From Alphaproteobacteria bacterium (lineage in GTDB: Bacteria; Pseudomonadota; Alphaproteobacteria; UBA828): DNA of 64,000 bases. The translations under genes and the position numbers were made by a program. Positions within the stretch are counted from its first letter, which is position 1, and each line of letters opens with the position of its first letter. The notes beneath the pieces were generated by a model. It was not told where the DNA came from. It ran no database searches and saw only the letters and a list, made by a program, of their open reading frames with translations. The stretch is from NCBI GenBank assembly GCA_963422645.2, contig CAXXVO010000013.1, positions 64,001-128,000 on the forward strand, given 5' to 3'. Positions 22,601 to 35,133 of the stretch are shown here, piece after piece.

Positions 22601-24262
22601 ATGACCGACACGCTCGCCATCGCACTCGCCCAGCTCAACCCCACCGTGGGGGACCTGGAGGGCAACAAGGCGCTGATCCTGCGCGCCCGCGCCGAGGCCG
22701 CGGCCCAGGGCGCCGACCTCGTGGTCTGCACCGAGCTCGTGGTGACCGGCTACCCGCCCGAGGACCTCGTGCTCAAGCCGATGTTCCAGGAGCAGTCGCG
22801 GGCTGTCGTGGAGACACTCGCGGCGGTGACCGCGGACGGCGGGCCCGCGCTTCTCATCGGCGCGCCCTGGGTCGACGACGGCAAGCTTTACAACGCCGTG
22901 CTCCTGCTCGACGGCGGCGAGGTCGCTGCGCGACGATACAAGTACGAGCTGCCCAACTACGGTGTCTTCGACGAGGTGCGGGTGTTCGCGCGCGCCGGGC
23001 TGCCGGGACCGATCCCGTTCCGCGGCGTCCGCCTCGGCGCCATGGTGTGCGAGGACATGTGGTTCCCGGAGGTCGCCGAGTGCCTGGTCGAATCGGGCGC
23101 CGAGATCACGATCGTCATCAACGGCTCGCCCTTCGAGAGCGACAAGGAGGACGTCCGCCTCAACTGTGCCGTTGCCCGCATCGGCGAGACCGAGCTGCCG
23201 CTGATCTACGTGAACCAGGTGGGCGGCCAGGACGAACTCGTGTTCGACGGTGCCTCCTTCGTCCTCAACGCCGATCACAGCCTCGCCGCCCAGGCGCCGG
23301 CCTTCGACGAGGCTCTCGTGCTCACCCGCTGGAGTCGCGAGAGCGACGGCTGGCATTGCGCGCCGGGTCCGCGCGCCGCTCTTCCCGACGGCCACGCGGC
23401 GACGTACCGCGCCATGACGTTGGGGCTGGCCGATTACGTCGGGAAGAACGGCTTCCCCGGCGTGCTGATCGGGCTTTCCGGCGGCATCGATTCGGCGCTG
23501 ACGGCCGCCGTCGCCGTCGACGCGCTGGGCGCTGACCGGGTCTTCTGCGTCGTCATGCCGTCGCGCTACACGGCGCAGTCCTCCCTCGACGACGCGGCGG
23601 AATGCGCGCGCCTGCTGGGGATCCGCCACGAGGTGGTGGGGATCGAGCCGGCGGTGGACGCGCTCGGCGGAATGCTGGCGCCGATTTTCGCCGGCCGCGA
23701 CGCGGACGAGACCGAGGAGAACATTCAGGCGCGGGTGCGCGGCGTCATCCTGATGGCGATCAGCAACAAGCTCGGCCACATGGTGCTCACCACCGGCAAC
23801 AAGTCCGAGATGTCGGTGGGCTACGCCACGCTCTACGGCGACATGTGCGGCGGCTATTCGGTGCTGAAGGACGTCTACAAGACCGACGTGTTCGAGATGT
23901 CCCGCTGGCGCAACCGGAACTGGATGGAGGGGCTGAAGGGGCCACAGGGACCGGTGATTCCCGAGGCGATCATCGACAAGCCGCCGAGCGCGGAGCTTCG
24001 CCCCGATCAGACGGATCAGGACACGCTGCCTCCCTACGAGGTGCTGGACGACGTGCTGCGCGGCCTGGTGGAGGAAGAGTGCTCGACCGAGGAGATCGTG
24101 GCCCGCGGCCATGCGGCGGAGACTGCGGCGCGCATCTGGCGAATGCTCGACATCGCGGAATATAAGCGGCGCCAGGCGCCGCCCGGCATCAAGCTCACGC
24201 TGCGCTCCTTCGGCAAGGACCGCCGCTATCCCATCACCAACCGCTACCGCGGGACCGACTGA
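22601..24262 (+). CDS. nadE: Glutamine-dependent NAD+ synthase
   Basis: Nitrilase domain (EL..GYPPEDL, LPNYGVFDE, CEDMW) plus GLSGGIDS, NKSE, PPSAELRPDQ, EYKRRQ. Confidence 0.96.
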   Translation: MTDTLAIALAQLNPTVGDLEGNKALILRARAEAAAQGADLVVCTELVVTGYPPEDLVLKPMFQEQSRAVVETLAAVTADGGPALLIGAPWVDDGKLYNAVLLLDGGEVAARRYKYELPNYGVFDEVRVFARAGLPGPIPFRGVRLGAMVCEDMWFPEVAECLVESGAEITIVINGSPFESDKEDVRLNCAVARIGETELPLIYVNQVGGQDELVFDGASFVLNADHSLAAQAPAFDEALVLTRWSRESDGWHCAPGPRAALPDGHAATYRAMTLGLADYVGKNGFPGVLIGLSGGIDSALTAAVAVDALGADRVFCVVMPSRYTAQSSLDDAAECARLLGIRHEVVGIEPAVDALGGMLAPIFAGRDADETEENIQARVRGVILMAISNKLGHMVLTTGNKSEMSVGYATLYGDMCGGYSVLKDVYKTDVFEMSRWRNRNWMEGLKGPQGPVIPEAIIDKPPSAELRPDQTDQDTLPPYEVLDDVLRGLVEEECSTEEIVARGHAAETAARIWRMLDIAEYKRRQAPPGIKLTLRSFGKDRRYPITNRYRGTD

Positions 24263-24265
24263 GCC

Positions 24266-25645
24266 ATGACGCTCACGCTGCACAACACGCTGACCCGCAA
24301 GCGCGAGCCGCTGGAGCCCGTGCGCCCGGGCCACGTCGGCATGTACGTCTGCGGGCCGACGGTCTACGACCTCGCTCACATCGGCAACGCCCGGCCCATC
24401 GTGGTGTTCGACGTGCTCTTCCGGGTGCTGAAGCGGCTCTATCCGTCCGTCACATACGTCCGGAACATCACGGACGTCGACGACAAGATCAACGCAGCCT
24501 CGCGCCGGACCGGCGAGCCCATCGAATCGATCACCGCGCGCACCACCAAGGCCTTTCACGAGGACATCGCAGCGCTCGGCGCCCTGCCGCCCGACGTGGA
24601 GCCGCGGGCGACAGCGCACGTGCCCCAGATGATCGCGCTCATCGAGGCGCTGATCGCGGCCGGCAACGCCTACGAGGCGGAGGGTCACGTGCTCTTCCAC
24701 GTGCCTTCGGCACCCCGCTACGGCGCCTTATCCCGCCGCAACCGCGACGAGATGATCGCGGGCTCGCGGGTCGAGACCGCGCCCTACAAGCGCGACCCGG
24801 CCGACTTCGTGCTGTGGAAGCCGAGCGACGAGACCCTGCCGGGCTGGGACAGCCCCTGGGGCCGCGGGCGGCCCGGCTGGCACATAGAGTGCTCGGCCAT
24901 GAGCCGCGCCTATCTCGGCGAAACCCTCGATATCCACGGCGGCGGGCTCGACCTGGTCTTCCCCCATCACGAGAACGAAATCGCGCAGAGCGAATGCGCC
25001 TGCCCCGGCCCCCCCTTCGCCCGACACTGGGTGCACAACGGCTGGCTCACCGTGGAGGGCGAGAAGATGTCGAAGTCCCTCGGCAACTTCATCACCATCC
25101 GCAACGCGCTCGCCGAGGCGCCGGGGGAGGTAATTCGTCTGGCCCTCCTGAGCACGCACTATCGGCATCCGATGGACTGGTCCGCCGAGGGGCTTGAGAA
25201 GGCGCGCCTCAACGTGGACAAGCTGTATAACGCGCTGCGCAACGCTGGCGTGGAGAACGGGGCGGCGGGCGACACGGTCGATCCCGAAGTCGAGGCCGCG
25301 CTCTGCGACGACCTGAACACGCCGAAGGCGCTCGCAGCGCTACACCGGCTCGCCGGCGACCTCAACCGGGCCGGCGACGAGGCGGCGCGCGCGCGAGCCT
25401 GTGCCGCATTGCGCGGCTCCGGCGCTCTGCTCGGGCTGCTGCAGGCCGACCCCGAGGCGTGGTTCCGCGGCGCGGAGCAGGAAGGCGGCATGAGCGACGC
25501 TGAAATCGAGGCGCTGATCGCCGCCCGAGCCGCCGCGCGGGGCCAGCGAGACTTCGCCGAGGCCGACCGCATCCGCGATGCGATGGCCGCAGAGGGCATC
25601 ACCCTCGAAGACAAGCCGGAGGGCACGCTGTGGCGCCGCGCGTGA
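24266..25645 (+). CDS. cysS: Cysteine--tRNA ligase
   Basis: [27 protein letters not shown]. Confidence 0.98.
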   Translation: MTLTLHNTLTRKREPLEPVRPGHVGMYVCGPTVYDLAHIGNARPIVVFDVLFRVLKRLYPSVTYVRNITDVDDKINAASRRTGEPIESITARTTKAFHEDIAALGALPPDVEPRATAHVPQMIALIEALIAAGNAYEAEGHVLFHVPSAPRYGALSRRNRDEMIAGSRVETAPYKRDPADFVLWKPSDETLPGWDSPWGRGRPGWHIECSAMSRAYLGETLDIHGGGLDLVFPHHENEIAQSECACPGPPFARHWVHNGWLTVEGEKMSKSLGNFITIRNALAEAPGEVIRLALLSTHYRHPMDWSAEGLEKARLNVDKLYNALRNAGVENGAAGDTVDPEVEAALCDDLNTPKALAALHRLAGDLNRAGDEAARARACAALRGSGALLGLLQADPEAWFRGAEQEGGMSDAEIEALIAARAAARGQRDFAEADRIRDAMAAEGITLEDKPEGTLWRRA

Positions 25646-25686
25646 GAGGTGGCGCACGCGCGACCTGCGCCCTGGCAGGCTGAGCC

Positions 25687-26502
25687 GTGGCGGGGAGCGA
25701 CCGGCGCAAGGCCTGCGCCGCGGCCCACGTCGATGCCGGAGCGCCAGCGGTGATCCTCGTGCGCACCCAGCTCGGCGAGAATGTCGGCGCTGCCGCCCGC
25801 GCCATGCTGAACTGCGGCCTCTCCGACCTGCGTCTCGTCCAGCCCCGCGACGGCTGGCCCAACGTGAAGGCGCTGGGCGCGGCCTCGGGTGCGGATACGG
25901 TGCTGAACGGCGTGCGGCTCTGCGCGACCGTGGAGGAGGCCGTGGCCGATCTCAATCTGGTCCACGCCACCACGGCCAGGCCGCGCGAGCTGCTGAAGCC
26001 GGAGCTCGCGCCGCGCGCGGCGGTCACGGCGTTGCGCGATGCGGGCCGGCAGGGTGCCCGCCTCGGCCTCCTCTTCGGGCCGGAGAAGGCCGGCCTCAAG
26101 AACGAGGAGCTGGTGCTGGCCGACGCCATCGTCCGGATTCCGCTCAACCCCGCCTTCGCCTCGCTCAACCTGGCTCAGGCGGTCCTGATCATGGCCTACG
26201 AATGGCGCCTCGTGAGCAGCCTGCCGGAGGAAGAGGAGGAGCCGGCGGCGCCGCCGACGGGAAGCGCCCGGCCCGCCACCAAGGACGAGATCCTGCACTT
26301 CTTCCGACACCTGGAAGGCGCGCTCGACGACCGCGACTTCTTCCCAACGCCAGAGATGCGGCCCAAGATGGTCCAGAACATGCGCACCATGTTCGAGCGC
26401 ATCTCGCTCACCCGCCAGGACGTGCAGACCCTGCGCGGTGTCGTGCGCTCGCTCACCGGTGAGCCGTCCCGGCGGCGCGAACCGCCGGGCTCGGCCGATT
26501 GA
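25687..26502 (+). CDS. SPOUT RNA methyltransferase (TrmJ/LasT family)
   Basis: ENVGAAARAMLNCG, FGPEKAGL, SLNLAQAV. Confidence 0.9.
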   Translation: MAGSDRRKACAAAHVDAGAPAVILVRTQLGENVGAAARAMLNCGLSDLRLVQPRDGWPNVKALGAASGADTVLNGVRLCATVEEAVADLNLVHATTARPRELLKPELAPRAAVTALRDAGRQGARLGLLFGPEKAGLKNEELVLADAIVRIPLNPAFASLNLAQAVLIMAYEWRLVSSLPEEEEEPAAPPTGSARPATKDEILHFFRHLEGALDDRDFFPTPEMRPKMVQNMRTMFERISLTRQDVQTLRGVVRSLTGEPSRRREPPGSAD

Positions 26503-26526
26503 CACCGCACCGGCGCGGGCTATAGT
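26499..26526 (+). promoter_or_regulatory. Sigma70-type promoter of rpsD
   Basis: TTGACA-N16-TATAGT, 60 bp upstream of the rpsD ATG. Confidence 0.7.
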
Positions 26527-26586
26527 GCGCCCGGCTCGCCGCCGGAGGCCGCGGGCGCACGCGATTCTCCCACCGGCACGGGCACA

Positions 26587-27201
26587 ATGAGCAAGCGACA
26601 GCAGTCGAAGTACAAGATTTGCCGGCGCCTCGGCGTCAACCTCTGGGGCCGCCCCAAGAGCCCCACAAACAGGCGCGACTACGGGCCAGGGCAGCACGGC
26701 CAACGGCGGCGCAAGCCGTCCGATTTCGGCGTGCAGCTCTCTGCCAAGCAGCGCCTGCGCGGCTACTACGGCAACATCACCGAGAAGCAGTTCCGCCGCT
26801 ACTACCACATCGCCGGCGACCGCAAGGGCGACACCGGCGAGAACCTGGTCGGACTGCTGGAGCGGCGCCTCGATGCCGTCGTCTACCGCATGAAGTTCGT
26901 GCCGACCGTGTTCGCGGCGCGCCAGTTCGTCAACCACGGCCACATCCTGGTCAATGGCCGCCGGGTTACGATCCCGAGCTACCTGGTGAAGGACGAGGAC
27001 CGCATCACGGTGCGCGAGCGCTCGAAGCAACTGCCGCTGGTGCTGGAGGCGATCGATTCGCCCGAGCGCGAGGTGCCGGACTACCTGGAGGTGGACCACG
27101 ACCGGATGGAGGGGCGCTTCATCCGAGCGCCCAAGTTCGTCGATGTGCCCTATCCGGTGCAGATGGAGCCCAATCTCGTCATCGAGTACTACTCGCGCTA
27201 G
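26587..27201 (+). CDS. rpsD: 30S ribosomal protein S4
   Basis: [32 protein letters not shown]. Confidence 0.98.
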   Translation: MSKRQQSKYKICRRLGVNLWGRPKSPTNRRDYGPGQHGQRRRKPSDFGVQLSAKQRLRGYYGNITEKQFRRYYHIAGDRKGDTGENLVGLLERRLDAVVYRMKFVPTVFAARQFVNHGHILVNGRRVTIPSYLVKDEDRITVRERSKQLPLVLEAIDSPEREVPDYLEVDHDRMEGRFIRAPKFVDVPYPVQMEPNLVIEYYSR

Positions 27202-27295
27202 GCCTCGCGCGTTTACGCCCCCCTGCGCTCTCGATTGACAGGGCGCTCTATCCCGGCTTTTGTCTGCCCTAGGAATCCGAGGGTAAGGGAGGAGA

Positions 27296-27883
27296 GTGAT
27301 GGGCGCGTTGGCATTCGAGCATCATCTGCTGAAGGAAGCCGGTACCAGTCCCAATAACGGGGCGCTGCCGCTCATCGTCTATCGGGGCGCCATCGGTGTC
27401 GGCGGCGACGAGCCGGAGGCGGCGGTCGAGCGGCATTTCGACTCCAATGGCTGGGGCGACGGCTTTCGCGGCGATACCTTTCCCTTTCACCACTACCATT
27501 CGATCGCCCACGAGGTTGTGGGCTGCGCGCGCGGCGCGGCGCGACTCCAGTTCGGCGGGCCGGATGGGCCGGTGGTCGACGTGCAGGCCGGAGACGCCGT
27601 GCTGATCCCGGCGGGTGTGGTCCACTGCCGGCTCGACGACAAGCCGGGCTACGTCAGCATCGGCGCCTACCCGCCGGGCCAGCAGCCGGACCTCTGCGTG
27701 CTCTCGAATCAGGACGCCGAGGTCTCCGACGCCAGGGACGATACCGAGGGGCTTGAGCTCAAGGTTGTGGGCGAAGCGGAGATGCCCGCGATCAGGGCCT
27801 CCATCGCCGCGGTCCCGCTGCCGAAGACCGACCCGCTGGCGGGCGGCAGCGGCCCGGTGGCCGATCTCTGGCTGGAGGGCTGA
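27296..27883 (+). CDS. Cupin domain protein (YjlB-like)
   Basis: PNN..LP, FHHYHSIAHEV, PAGVVHC, GAYPPG, P.TDP. Confidence 0.8.
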   Translation: MMGALAFEHHLLKEAGTSPNNGALPLIVYRGAIGVGGDEPEAAVERHFDSNGWGDGFRGDTFPFHHYHSIAHEVVGCARGAARLQFGGPDGPVVDVQAGDAVLIPAGVVHCRLDDKPGYVSIGAYPPGQQPDLCVLSNQDAEVSDARDDTEGLELKVVGEAEMPAIRASIAAVPLPKTDPLAGGSGPVADLWLEG

Positions 27884-27892
27884 ACGCCCTCC

Positions 27893-28237
27893 TCAGTCAA
27901 ACACGCTGCAGTCCAGCGAGAGCTTCTCCCCGAGCCAGAGCGGGTAGTCGCGGTGGTCGGCGAGATCGTCGCCGGTGTTCGGGTGCACCAGCACCGAGTG
28001 GCCCCGGCGGTTGAGCATCAGCCAGGGCACGAACTCGGCGAAAAGGGCCGGCTCGAAGGCTACCTGGAACATGTGCATGGGATGGGGCCCCACGAGCTTA
28101 TCGCGCCAGCGCCCGAGCCGCACGGGGAAGCGTGCGATCAGACCGGTCCTGACCTCCGCAGCGGTCTGCCGCGTGGCCGGCTCGTAATAGACGTGGGCGT
28201 GGTAGCTGGCGATTGTCGCCAGCGGCAGTGGGATCAA
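27893..28237 (-). CDS. DOPA 4,5-dioxygenase family protein
   Basis: YHAHVYY, VGPHP, WLMLNR..SVLVHP, DH...WLG. Confidence 0.85.
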   Translation of the reverse strand: MIPLPLATIASYHAHVYYEPATRQTAAEVRTGLIARFPVRLGRWRDKLVGPHPMHMFQVAFEPALFAEFVPWLMLNRRGHSVLVHPNTGDDLADHRDYPLWLGEKLSLDCSVFD

Positions 28238-28587
28238 GCGCGCGGCTCGACGCTGACGCCCTTTGTGCTCAGGAGCTCCGAAAGCTCGCCGGTCTCGTAC
28301 ATCTCGCGGACGATGTCGCAGCCGCCCACGAACTCGCCCTTGACGTAGAGCTGCGGGATCGTCGGCCAGTCGCTCAAGCTCTTGATGCCCTGCCGGACCT
28401 CAGGGTCCTCGAGCACGTCGAATCCCTTGAAGCGCACGCCGAGCAGCGAGAGCATCTGCACCACCGTGGCGGAGAACCCGCACTGCGGGAACACGGGCGT
28501 CCCCTTCATGAACAGAACGACATCGTGCTCGTCGATGAAGCCCCGGATGCGATTCTCGACCGGTGCGCTGGTCGTGGCCTCGATCAT
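28234..28587 (-). CDS. grxD: Monothiol glutaredoxin Grx4
   Basis: [23 protein letters not shown]. Confidence 0.96.
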   Translation of the reverse strand: MIEATTSAPVENRIRGFIDEHDVVLFMKGTPVFPQCGFSATVVQMLSLLGVRFKGFDVLEDPEVRQGIKSLSDWPTIPQLYVKGEFVGGCDIVREMYETGELSELLSTKGVSVEPRA

Positions 28588-28614
28588 GCGAATTCCCCTT
28601 TCACTTTCAGTCAG

Positions 28615-28854
28615 TTATGCGTCCGCGGGGACGCTGGTTTGGAGCGCGAGCGCGTGCAGCTGATCGCCCATCCGCCCGCGCAGCGCGCGGTAGACCATCT
28701 GATGCTGCTCCACCCGCGACTTGCCGGCGAATGCGGCCGAAACCACGCGCGCCGCGTAGTGATCGCCGTCGCCGCGCAGGTCGTCGATATGGATCTGGGC
28801 GTCAGGGAGCGCCTCTAGAATGAGCTGCTCGATCTCCTGAACGTCCATGGGCAT
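28615..28854 (-). CDS. bolA: BolA family protein
   Basis: GDGDHY, FAGKSRVEQHQMVY, LHALAL. Confidence 0.92.
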   Translation of the reverse strand: MPMDVQEIEQLILEALPDAQIHIDDLRGDGDHYAARVVSAAFAGKSRVEQHQMVYRALRGRMGDQLHALALQTSVPADA

Positions 28855-28891
28855 CGGCGGTGCTTTCAGGCGTTGCGTTCTGCGGGTGCAC

Positions 28892-31132
<2,241 letters not shown>

Positions 31133-31149
31133 CGCGCGCACCGCGCCGC

Positions 31150-31839
31150 TCACGAGAGCGCCCCCACCAGGTGATCGAACATGGGGCGTCCGTCGGCGCC
31201 GCCCAGCGCAGGCTCCGCGGCGCGCTCGGGATGCGGCATCAGGCCGAGCACCGTGCGTGCCGGATTGAGGATGCCCGCGATATCGGCGGCGGAGCCGTTG
31301 GGGTTGGCCTCGCCATCGGCCGCGCCGTCGCCCCCCACGTAGCGGAAGGCGACCAGCCCCTCGCCTTCGAGCCGGGCCAGCGTCTCCTCATCGGCGCAGT
31401 AGTTGCCCTCGTGATGGGCGACCGGCATCCGCACCACCTGGCCGGCCTGGTAGCCGGCGGTGAACGGGCTCGCGGCCTCCTCGACGCGCAGGCTCACCCA
31501 GCGGCAGACGAAGCGGAGCCCCGCGTTGCGCATCAGCGCGCCGGGCAGCAGCCCCGCCTCGGTCGCCACCTGGAAGCCGTTGCAAATGGCCAGGACATGC
31601 ACGCCCTCCTTCGCCCGCTTCACCACGTCCACCATCACCGGCGAGCGCGCCGCCATGGCGCCCGCGCGCAGGTAGTCGCCGTGGGCGAAGCCGCCGGGCA
31701 GCACGATCAGGTCGCAGGCGGGCAGCACGCTCTCGTCGTGCCAGACCAACGCCGGCGCCCGGCCCGTGCTGGCCTCCAGCGCCACCTCGACATCCCGGTC
31801 GCAGTTGGAGCCGGGAAAGACGATGACGGCGGCCTTCAT
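31150..31839 (-). CDS. purQ: Phosphoribosylformylglycinamidine synthase subunit PurQ
   Basis: FPGSNCD, PGGF, ICNGFQ, MPHPER. Confidence 0.97.
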   Translation of the reverse strand: MKAAVIVFPGSNCDRDVEVALEASTGRAPALVWHDESVLPACDLIVLPGGFAHGDYLRAGAMAARSPVMVDVVKRAKEGVHVLAICNGFQVATEAGLLPGALMRNAGLRFVCRWVSLRVEEAASPFTAGYQAGQVVRMPVAHHEGNYCADEETLARLEGEGLVAFRYVGGDGAADGEANPNGSAADIAGILNPARTVLGLMPHPERAAEPALGGADGRPMFDHLVGALS

Positions 31840-31873
31840 CGCACCCTCCCGGCCGGAAGAGCGTGAGCAAGCG

Positions 31874-32047
31874 CCCCCTCCTCACCCCGGCCCTCTCCTC
31901 CCCCGAGGAGAGGAGAGGGAGAAATGGCCCGCGCCGCCTGCGTTCCCCCTCCGCCCTCTCCTCCCCGGGGAGATGACAGGAAGAAGGGGCGGCGCCTTCT
32001 ACGTTCCCTCTCCGCCCTTCGGGGGGAGAGGGACAGGGAGAGGTGGG
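31874..32047. repeat. REP-like palindromic element (CCCTCTCC...GGAGAGGG type) in the purS-purQ spacer
   Basis: Three CCCTCTCC-based hairpins: CCCTCTCCTC..GAGGAGAGGG (31891-31919), a degenerate middle copy and TCCCTCTCC..GGAGAGGGA (about 32005-32033). Outer arms are CCTCACCCC and GGGAGAGG. Confidence 0.7.
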
Positions 32048-32194
32048 TGAGATGACAATCTAATTTAATCCGGGATTCGCCGGGATTAAGCGGGACAAGT
32101 GGGATTCCGGAGGCGATGCGTCGGCTATCCCCGACCACGATCCGGGGGGGCGGCAGGGAAGCTGGGTTGGCGGTAGGGGTTGCGGTGCGCCGGC

Positions 32195-32437
32195 TCATTC
32201 GGCGAGGTCGATGGTGTAGTCCTCGATCACGGTGTTCGCGAGCAGCTGTGCGCACATGGCGTCCAGTTGCTCCCTGGCGACCGCCGGGTCGGTCTCGGCC
32301 AGATCGAGCTCCAGGTACTTGCCCTGGCGCACGCCTTCGACGCCCGCGAATCCCATGCGCGCGAGCGTGCTCGCGATCGCCTTGCCTTGGGGGTCGAGAA
32401 CGCCGGGCTTGAGGGTGATGTGGACTCGGGCTCGCAC
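32195..32437 (-). CDS. purS: Phosphoribosylformylglycinamidine synthase subunit PurS
   Basis: LKPGVLDPQG, VRQGK, LLANTVIEDY. Confidence 0.96.
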   Translation of the reverse strand: MRARVHITLKPGVLDPQGKAIASTLARMGFAGVEGVRQGKYLELDLAETDPAVAREQLDAMCAQLLANTVIEDYTIDLAE

Positions 32438-32443
32438 GTGGTC

Positions 32444-33217
32444 TCACGCGCTCTCGTCGTCGTCGCGGCCGTTCACCTCCCGCACCACCGGCGTCTGGGG
32501 CATCAAGCCGAGGCGCCGGGCGACCTCCTGATAGGCCTCGGAGACCCGGCCGAGGTCGCGGCGGAAGCGGTCCTTGTCCAGCTTCTCGTTGGTCTCGATA
32601 TCCCAGAGCCGGCAGCTGTCGGGCGTGATCTCGTCGGCGAGCACGATGCGCATGTCCTCGCCGTGCCAGAGCCGGCCGAACTCCAGCTTGAAGTCCACCA
32701 GCCTGATACCGATGCCGTAAAACAGCCCGCTGAGGAAGTCGTTGATGCGGAGCGACATGGAGAGGATGTCGTCGAGCTCCTGCGGCGTCGCCCAGCCGAA
32801 GGCGGTGATGTGCTCCTCCGACACCAGCGGGTCGTCGAGCTCGTCGTTCTTGTAGCAGTACTCGACGATGGAGCGCGGCAGCTGGACGCCCTCCTTGAGG
32901 CCGAGCCGCTTGACCAGAGTGCCGGCGGCGTAGTTGCGGATGATCACCTCGACCGGGATGATCTCCACCTCGCGAATCAGCTGCTCGCGCATGTTGAGCC
33001 GGCGCATGAAATGGGTCGGCACGCCGATCTCGTTGAGGCGCGCCATCAAGTGCTCGGAGATGCGGTTGTTAAGCACGCCCTTGCCGGTTATCACCCCCTG
33101 CTTCTTGTTGTTGAAGGCCGTGGCGTCGTCCTTGAAATACTGCACCAGGGTGCCGGGCTCGGGCCCTTCGTAAAGGACTTTCGCCTTGCCTTCGTAGATC
33201 CGCCTGCGACGGGACAT
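32444..33217 (-). CDS. purC: Phosphoribosylaminoimidazolesuccinocarboxamide synthase
   Basis: [41 protein letters not shown]. Confidence 0.97.
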   Translation of the reverse strand: MSRRRRIYEGKAKVLYEGPEPGTLVQYFKDDATAFNNKKQGVITGKGVLNNRISEHLMARLNEIGVPTHFMRRLNMREQLIREVEIIPVEVIIRNYAAGTLVKRLGLKEGVQLPRSIVEYCYKNDELDDPLVSEEHITAFGWATPQELDDILSMSLRINDFLSGLFYGIGIRLVDFKLEFGRLWHGEDMRIVLADEITPDSCRLWDIETNEKLDKDRFRRDLGRVSEAYQEVARRLGLMPQTPVVREVNGRDDDESA

Positions 33218-33370
33218 AGTGGGGATCCTCAATGTGGGGGGGGGCGTTGCGCCGGGTCGGCGCTCTGCGCGCCCGTTACCTTGACAACATAGACACCACA
33301 AGGGGTCAGTACAATCGCCCGTCGTCGGTCGTTCGGGCAGGCCGGGCGCGGTGGCCGCCGACATCGCTCA

Positions 33371-34120
33371 CTAAAGCAGAATATTTTCAAATAGATGACG
33401 ATTTGGTGGCCCTGGCGCGAAACGCCACAGAGGGGTGATGCCGGGCCGTCCCGGCCGCGGCAGGGCGATCAGCGACGCGTTGACCGTGCCGAATCCGCCG
33501 ATCGCCTCGATGCACATGGCGGCCTCCGCATCGCCGCCCGAGTCGCGCACTCCACGCGCAAGCAGCGCGGCCCATTCTTCCCAGGCGCCGCGCTCCGGAT
33601 CGGGCGGCACCGCGGCCTCGAAGTCTGCGAGATGCGTGCGAATTCGCGCCGATTCAAGGTCGTTACGCTCGCGCGCGGTGAACATGGAAAGTCCCTCGGG
33701 CAGCGGATGAAAGACCGGCGCCTTGCCGCCGTCATGGCGCAGCCAAAACGCCTCCTCGGAATCCGCGACCACGAGGTTGAAGGGGCGATAGGCCGTGCCG
33801 TCGATATCGGCGAGCGCCATGGCCGCATCCGCAGCGTCGGCATGATCCAGCGCATCCAGCACCAGCTCGCCCCGCGAGCGCTTGCTCGCTGCGGGCCCGA
33901 GCGCGCCGGTGCGGTTCAGGATGCCGGCACAGACACCCTCGTCGTTGACGCCTAACCAGCTTCCGCCCGCGAGCTCGTCCTGGCCGGCGGTCACATCCGG
34001 GCGCCCAGCCCAGTGGCGGCCCGGCCCAAGCCAGGGGCGGCCGATCATCTCGTCGCGGTTGGCGGCGATCACGACCGGCCAGTCGTGGCCGGGGCGCCGC
34101 AGGATCACGAGTGTGCACAT
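33371..34120 (-). CDS. NRDE/TANGO2 family protein
   Basis: N-terminal MC, AANRDE, GGSWLGVN, SRGELV, FNL, FGT. Confidence 0.9.
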   Translation of the reverse strand: MCTLVILRRPGHDWPVVIAANRDEMIGRPWLGPGRHWAGRPDVTAGQDELAGGSWLGVNDEGVCAGILNRTGALGPAASKRSRGELVLDALDHADAADAAMALADIDGTAYRPFNLVVADSEEAFWLRHDGGKAPVFHPLPEGLSMFTARERNDLESARIRTHLADFEAAVPPDPERGAWEEWAALLARGVRDSGGDAEAAMCIEAIGGFGTVNASLIALPRPGRPGITPLWRFAPGPPNRHLFENILL

Positions 34121-34219
34121 GCTGCCTTACCCGCCAAAGGGGCCGCGCACGCCGTGGACCGGCGCGGGCCGCTCTGGCACAATGCGCGCGCGTCCAATCA
34201 TCGGCTGGGAGCCTGGGGT

Positions 34220-34540
34220 ATGAACACCTTCGATGACCGCAAGAATGCCGCCGAGGCGAAGTTCAAGCACGATCAGGAGTTTCAGTTCAAGGTCGTCGCC
34301 CGGCGCAACAAGCTTCTCGGCCTGTGGGCGGCGGAGAAAATGGGCATCGCAGGCGACGATGCCCAGGCCTATGCCAAGCAGGTGGTCATGGCCGATTTCG
34401 AGGAGCCGGGCGACAACGACGTGGTGCGCAAGGTGGTCGGCGATCTGACCCAGAAGGGTATCGAGGCCGACGATCATCTGATCCGCACGCAGATGGAGCG
34501 CCTGCTGGACGAGGCAAAGGGCCAGGTCAGCACCGAATAG
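34220..34540 (+). CDS. DUF1476 protein (F1Fo-ATPase inhibitor zeta subunit family)
   Basis: MNTFDDR..A.E.KF.HDQE..FK..ARRNKLLGLWAA, DFEEPGD. Confidence 0.9.
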   Translation: MNTFDDRKNAAEAKFKHDQEFQFKVVARRNKLLGLWAAEKMGIAGDDAQAYAKQVVMADFEEPGDNDVVRKVVGDLTQKGIEADDHLIRTQMERLLDEAKGQVSTE

Positions 34541-34584
34541 CCCGCGCGCGCCTTCCTCCCCATTCTCGACCTTCGGGACCGCCG

Positions 34585-35133
34585 GTGAGCGTCGCCCCCG
34601 GCAGGGGCGCGGACAATCAACGCGCCGGCTGGGGCGGCCACGCCCACCGGGCGCTGCGCGCGGCCGACGTGCGCCAGATCGCCTATGTGCCGGATGCGGG
34701 CCTCTCAGCGCTGCTCGACCTGTGCGAGGCCGACGAGACCATGCGCACGGTGCTGCTGGCCCATGAGCAGGAAGGCCCGGCGCTCGCCGCCGGCGCCTGG
34801 CTCGGCGGCGAGCGCGCGGCGCTGCTGATGCAATCTAGCGGGGCCGGCAACTGCGTCGCCGCGCTCTCGCTGATCCGCACCTGCCGCTTCCCCTTTCTCG
34901 GCATCGTCACCATGCGGGGCGAATGGGGCGAGACCAATCCGTGGCAGCTCCCCATGGGCCAGAGCACGGCGGCCCATCTCGAAGAGTGCGGCGTGATCGT
35001 CTCCCGCGTGGACGACGAGGCGCGTACCTTCGAGATCGTCGAGGCCGCCGCCGCCATCGCCTTCGAGAGCCAGGCGGCGGCCGCGGTCCTCATCGGCCAG
35101 CGCGTGATCGGCGCCAAGAGCTTCGACGGATGA
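34585..35133 (+). CDS. Sulfopyruvate/phosphonopyruvate decarboxylase-like alpha subunit (ThDP PYR domain)
   Basis: YVPD, EQEG..LAAGAWLGG, LMQSSGAGN, MRGEWGE.NPWQ.PMG; the GTG start is inferred. Confidence 0.8.
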   Translation: MSVAPGRGADNQRAGWGGHAHRALRAADVRQIAYVPDAGLSALLDLCEADETMRTVLLAHEQEGPALAAGAWLGGERAALLMQSSGAGNCVAALSLIRTCRFPFLGIVTMRGEWGETNPWQLPMGQSTAAHLEECGVIVSRVDDEARTFEIVEAAAAIAFESQAAAAVLIGQRVIGAKSFDG

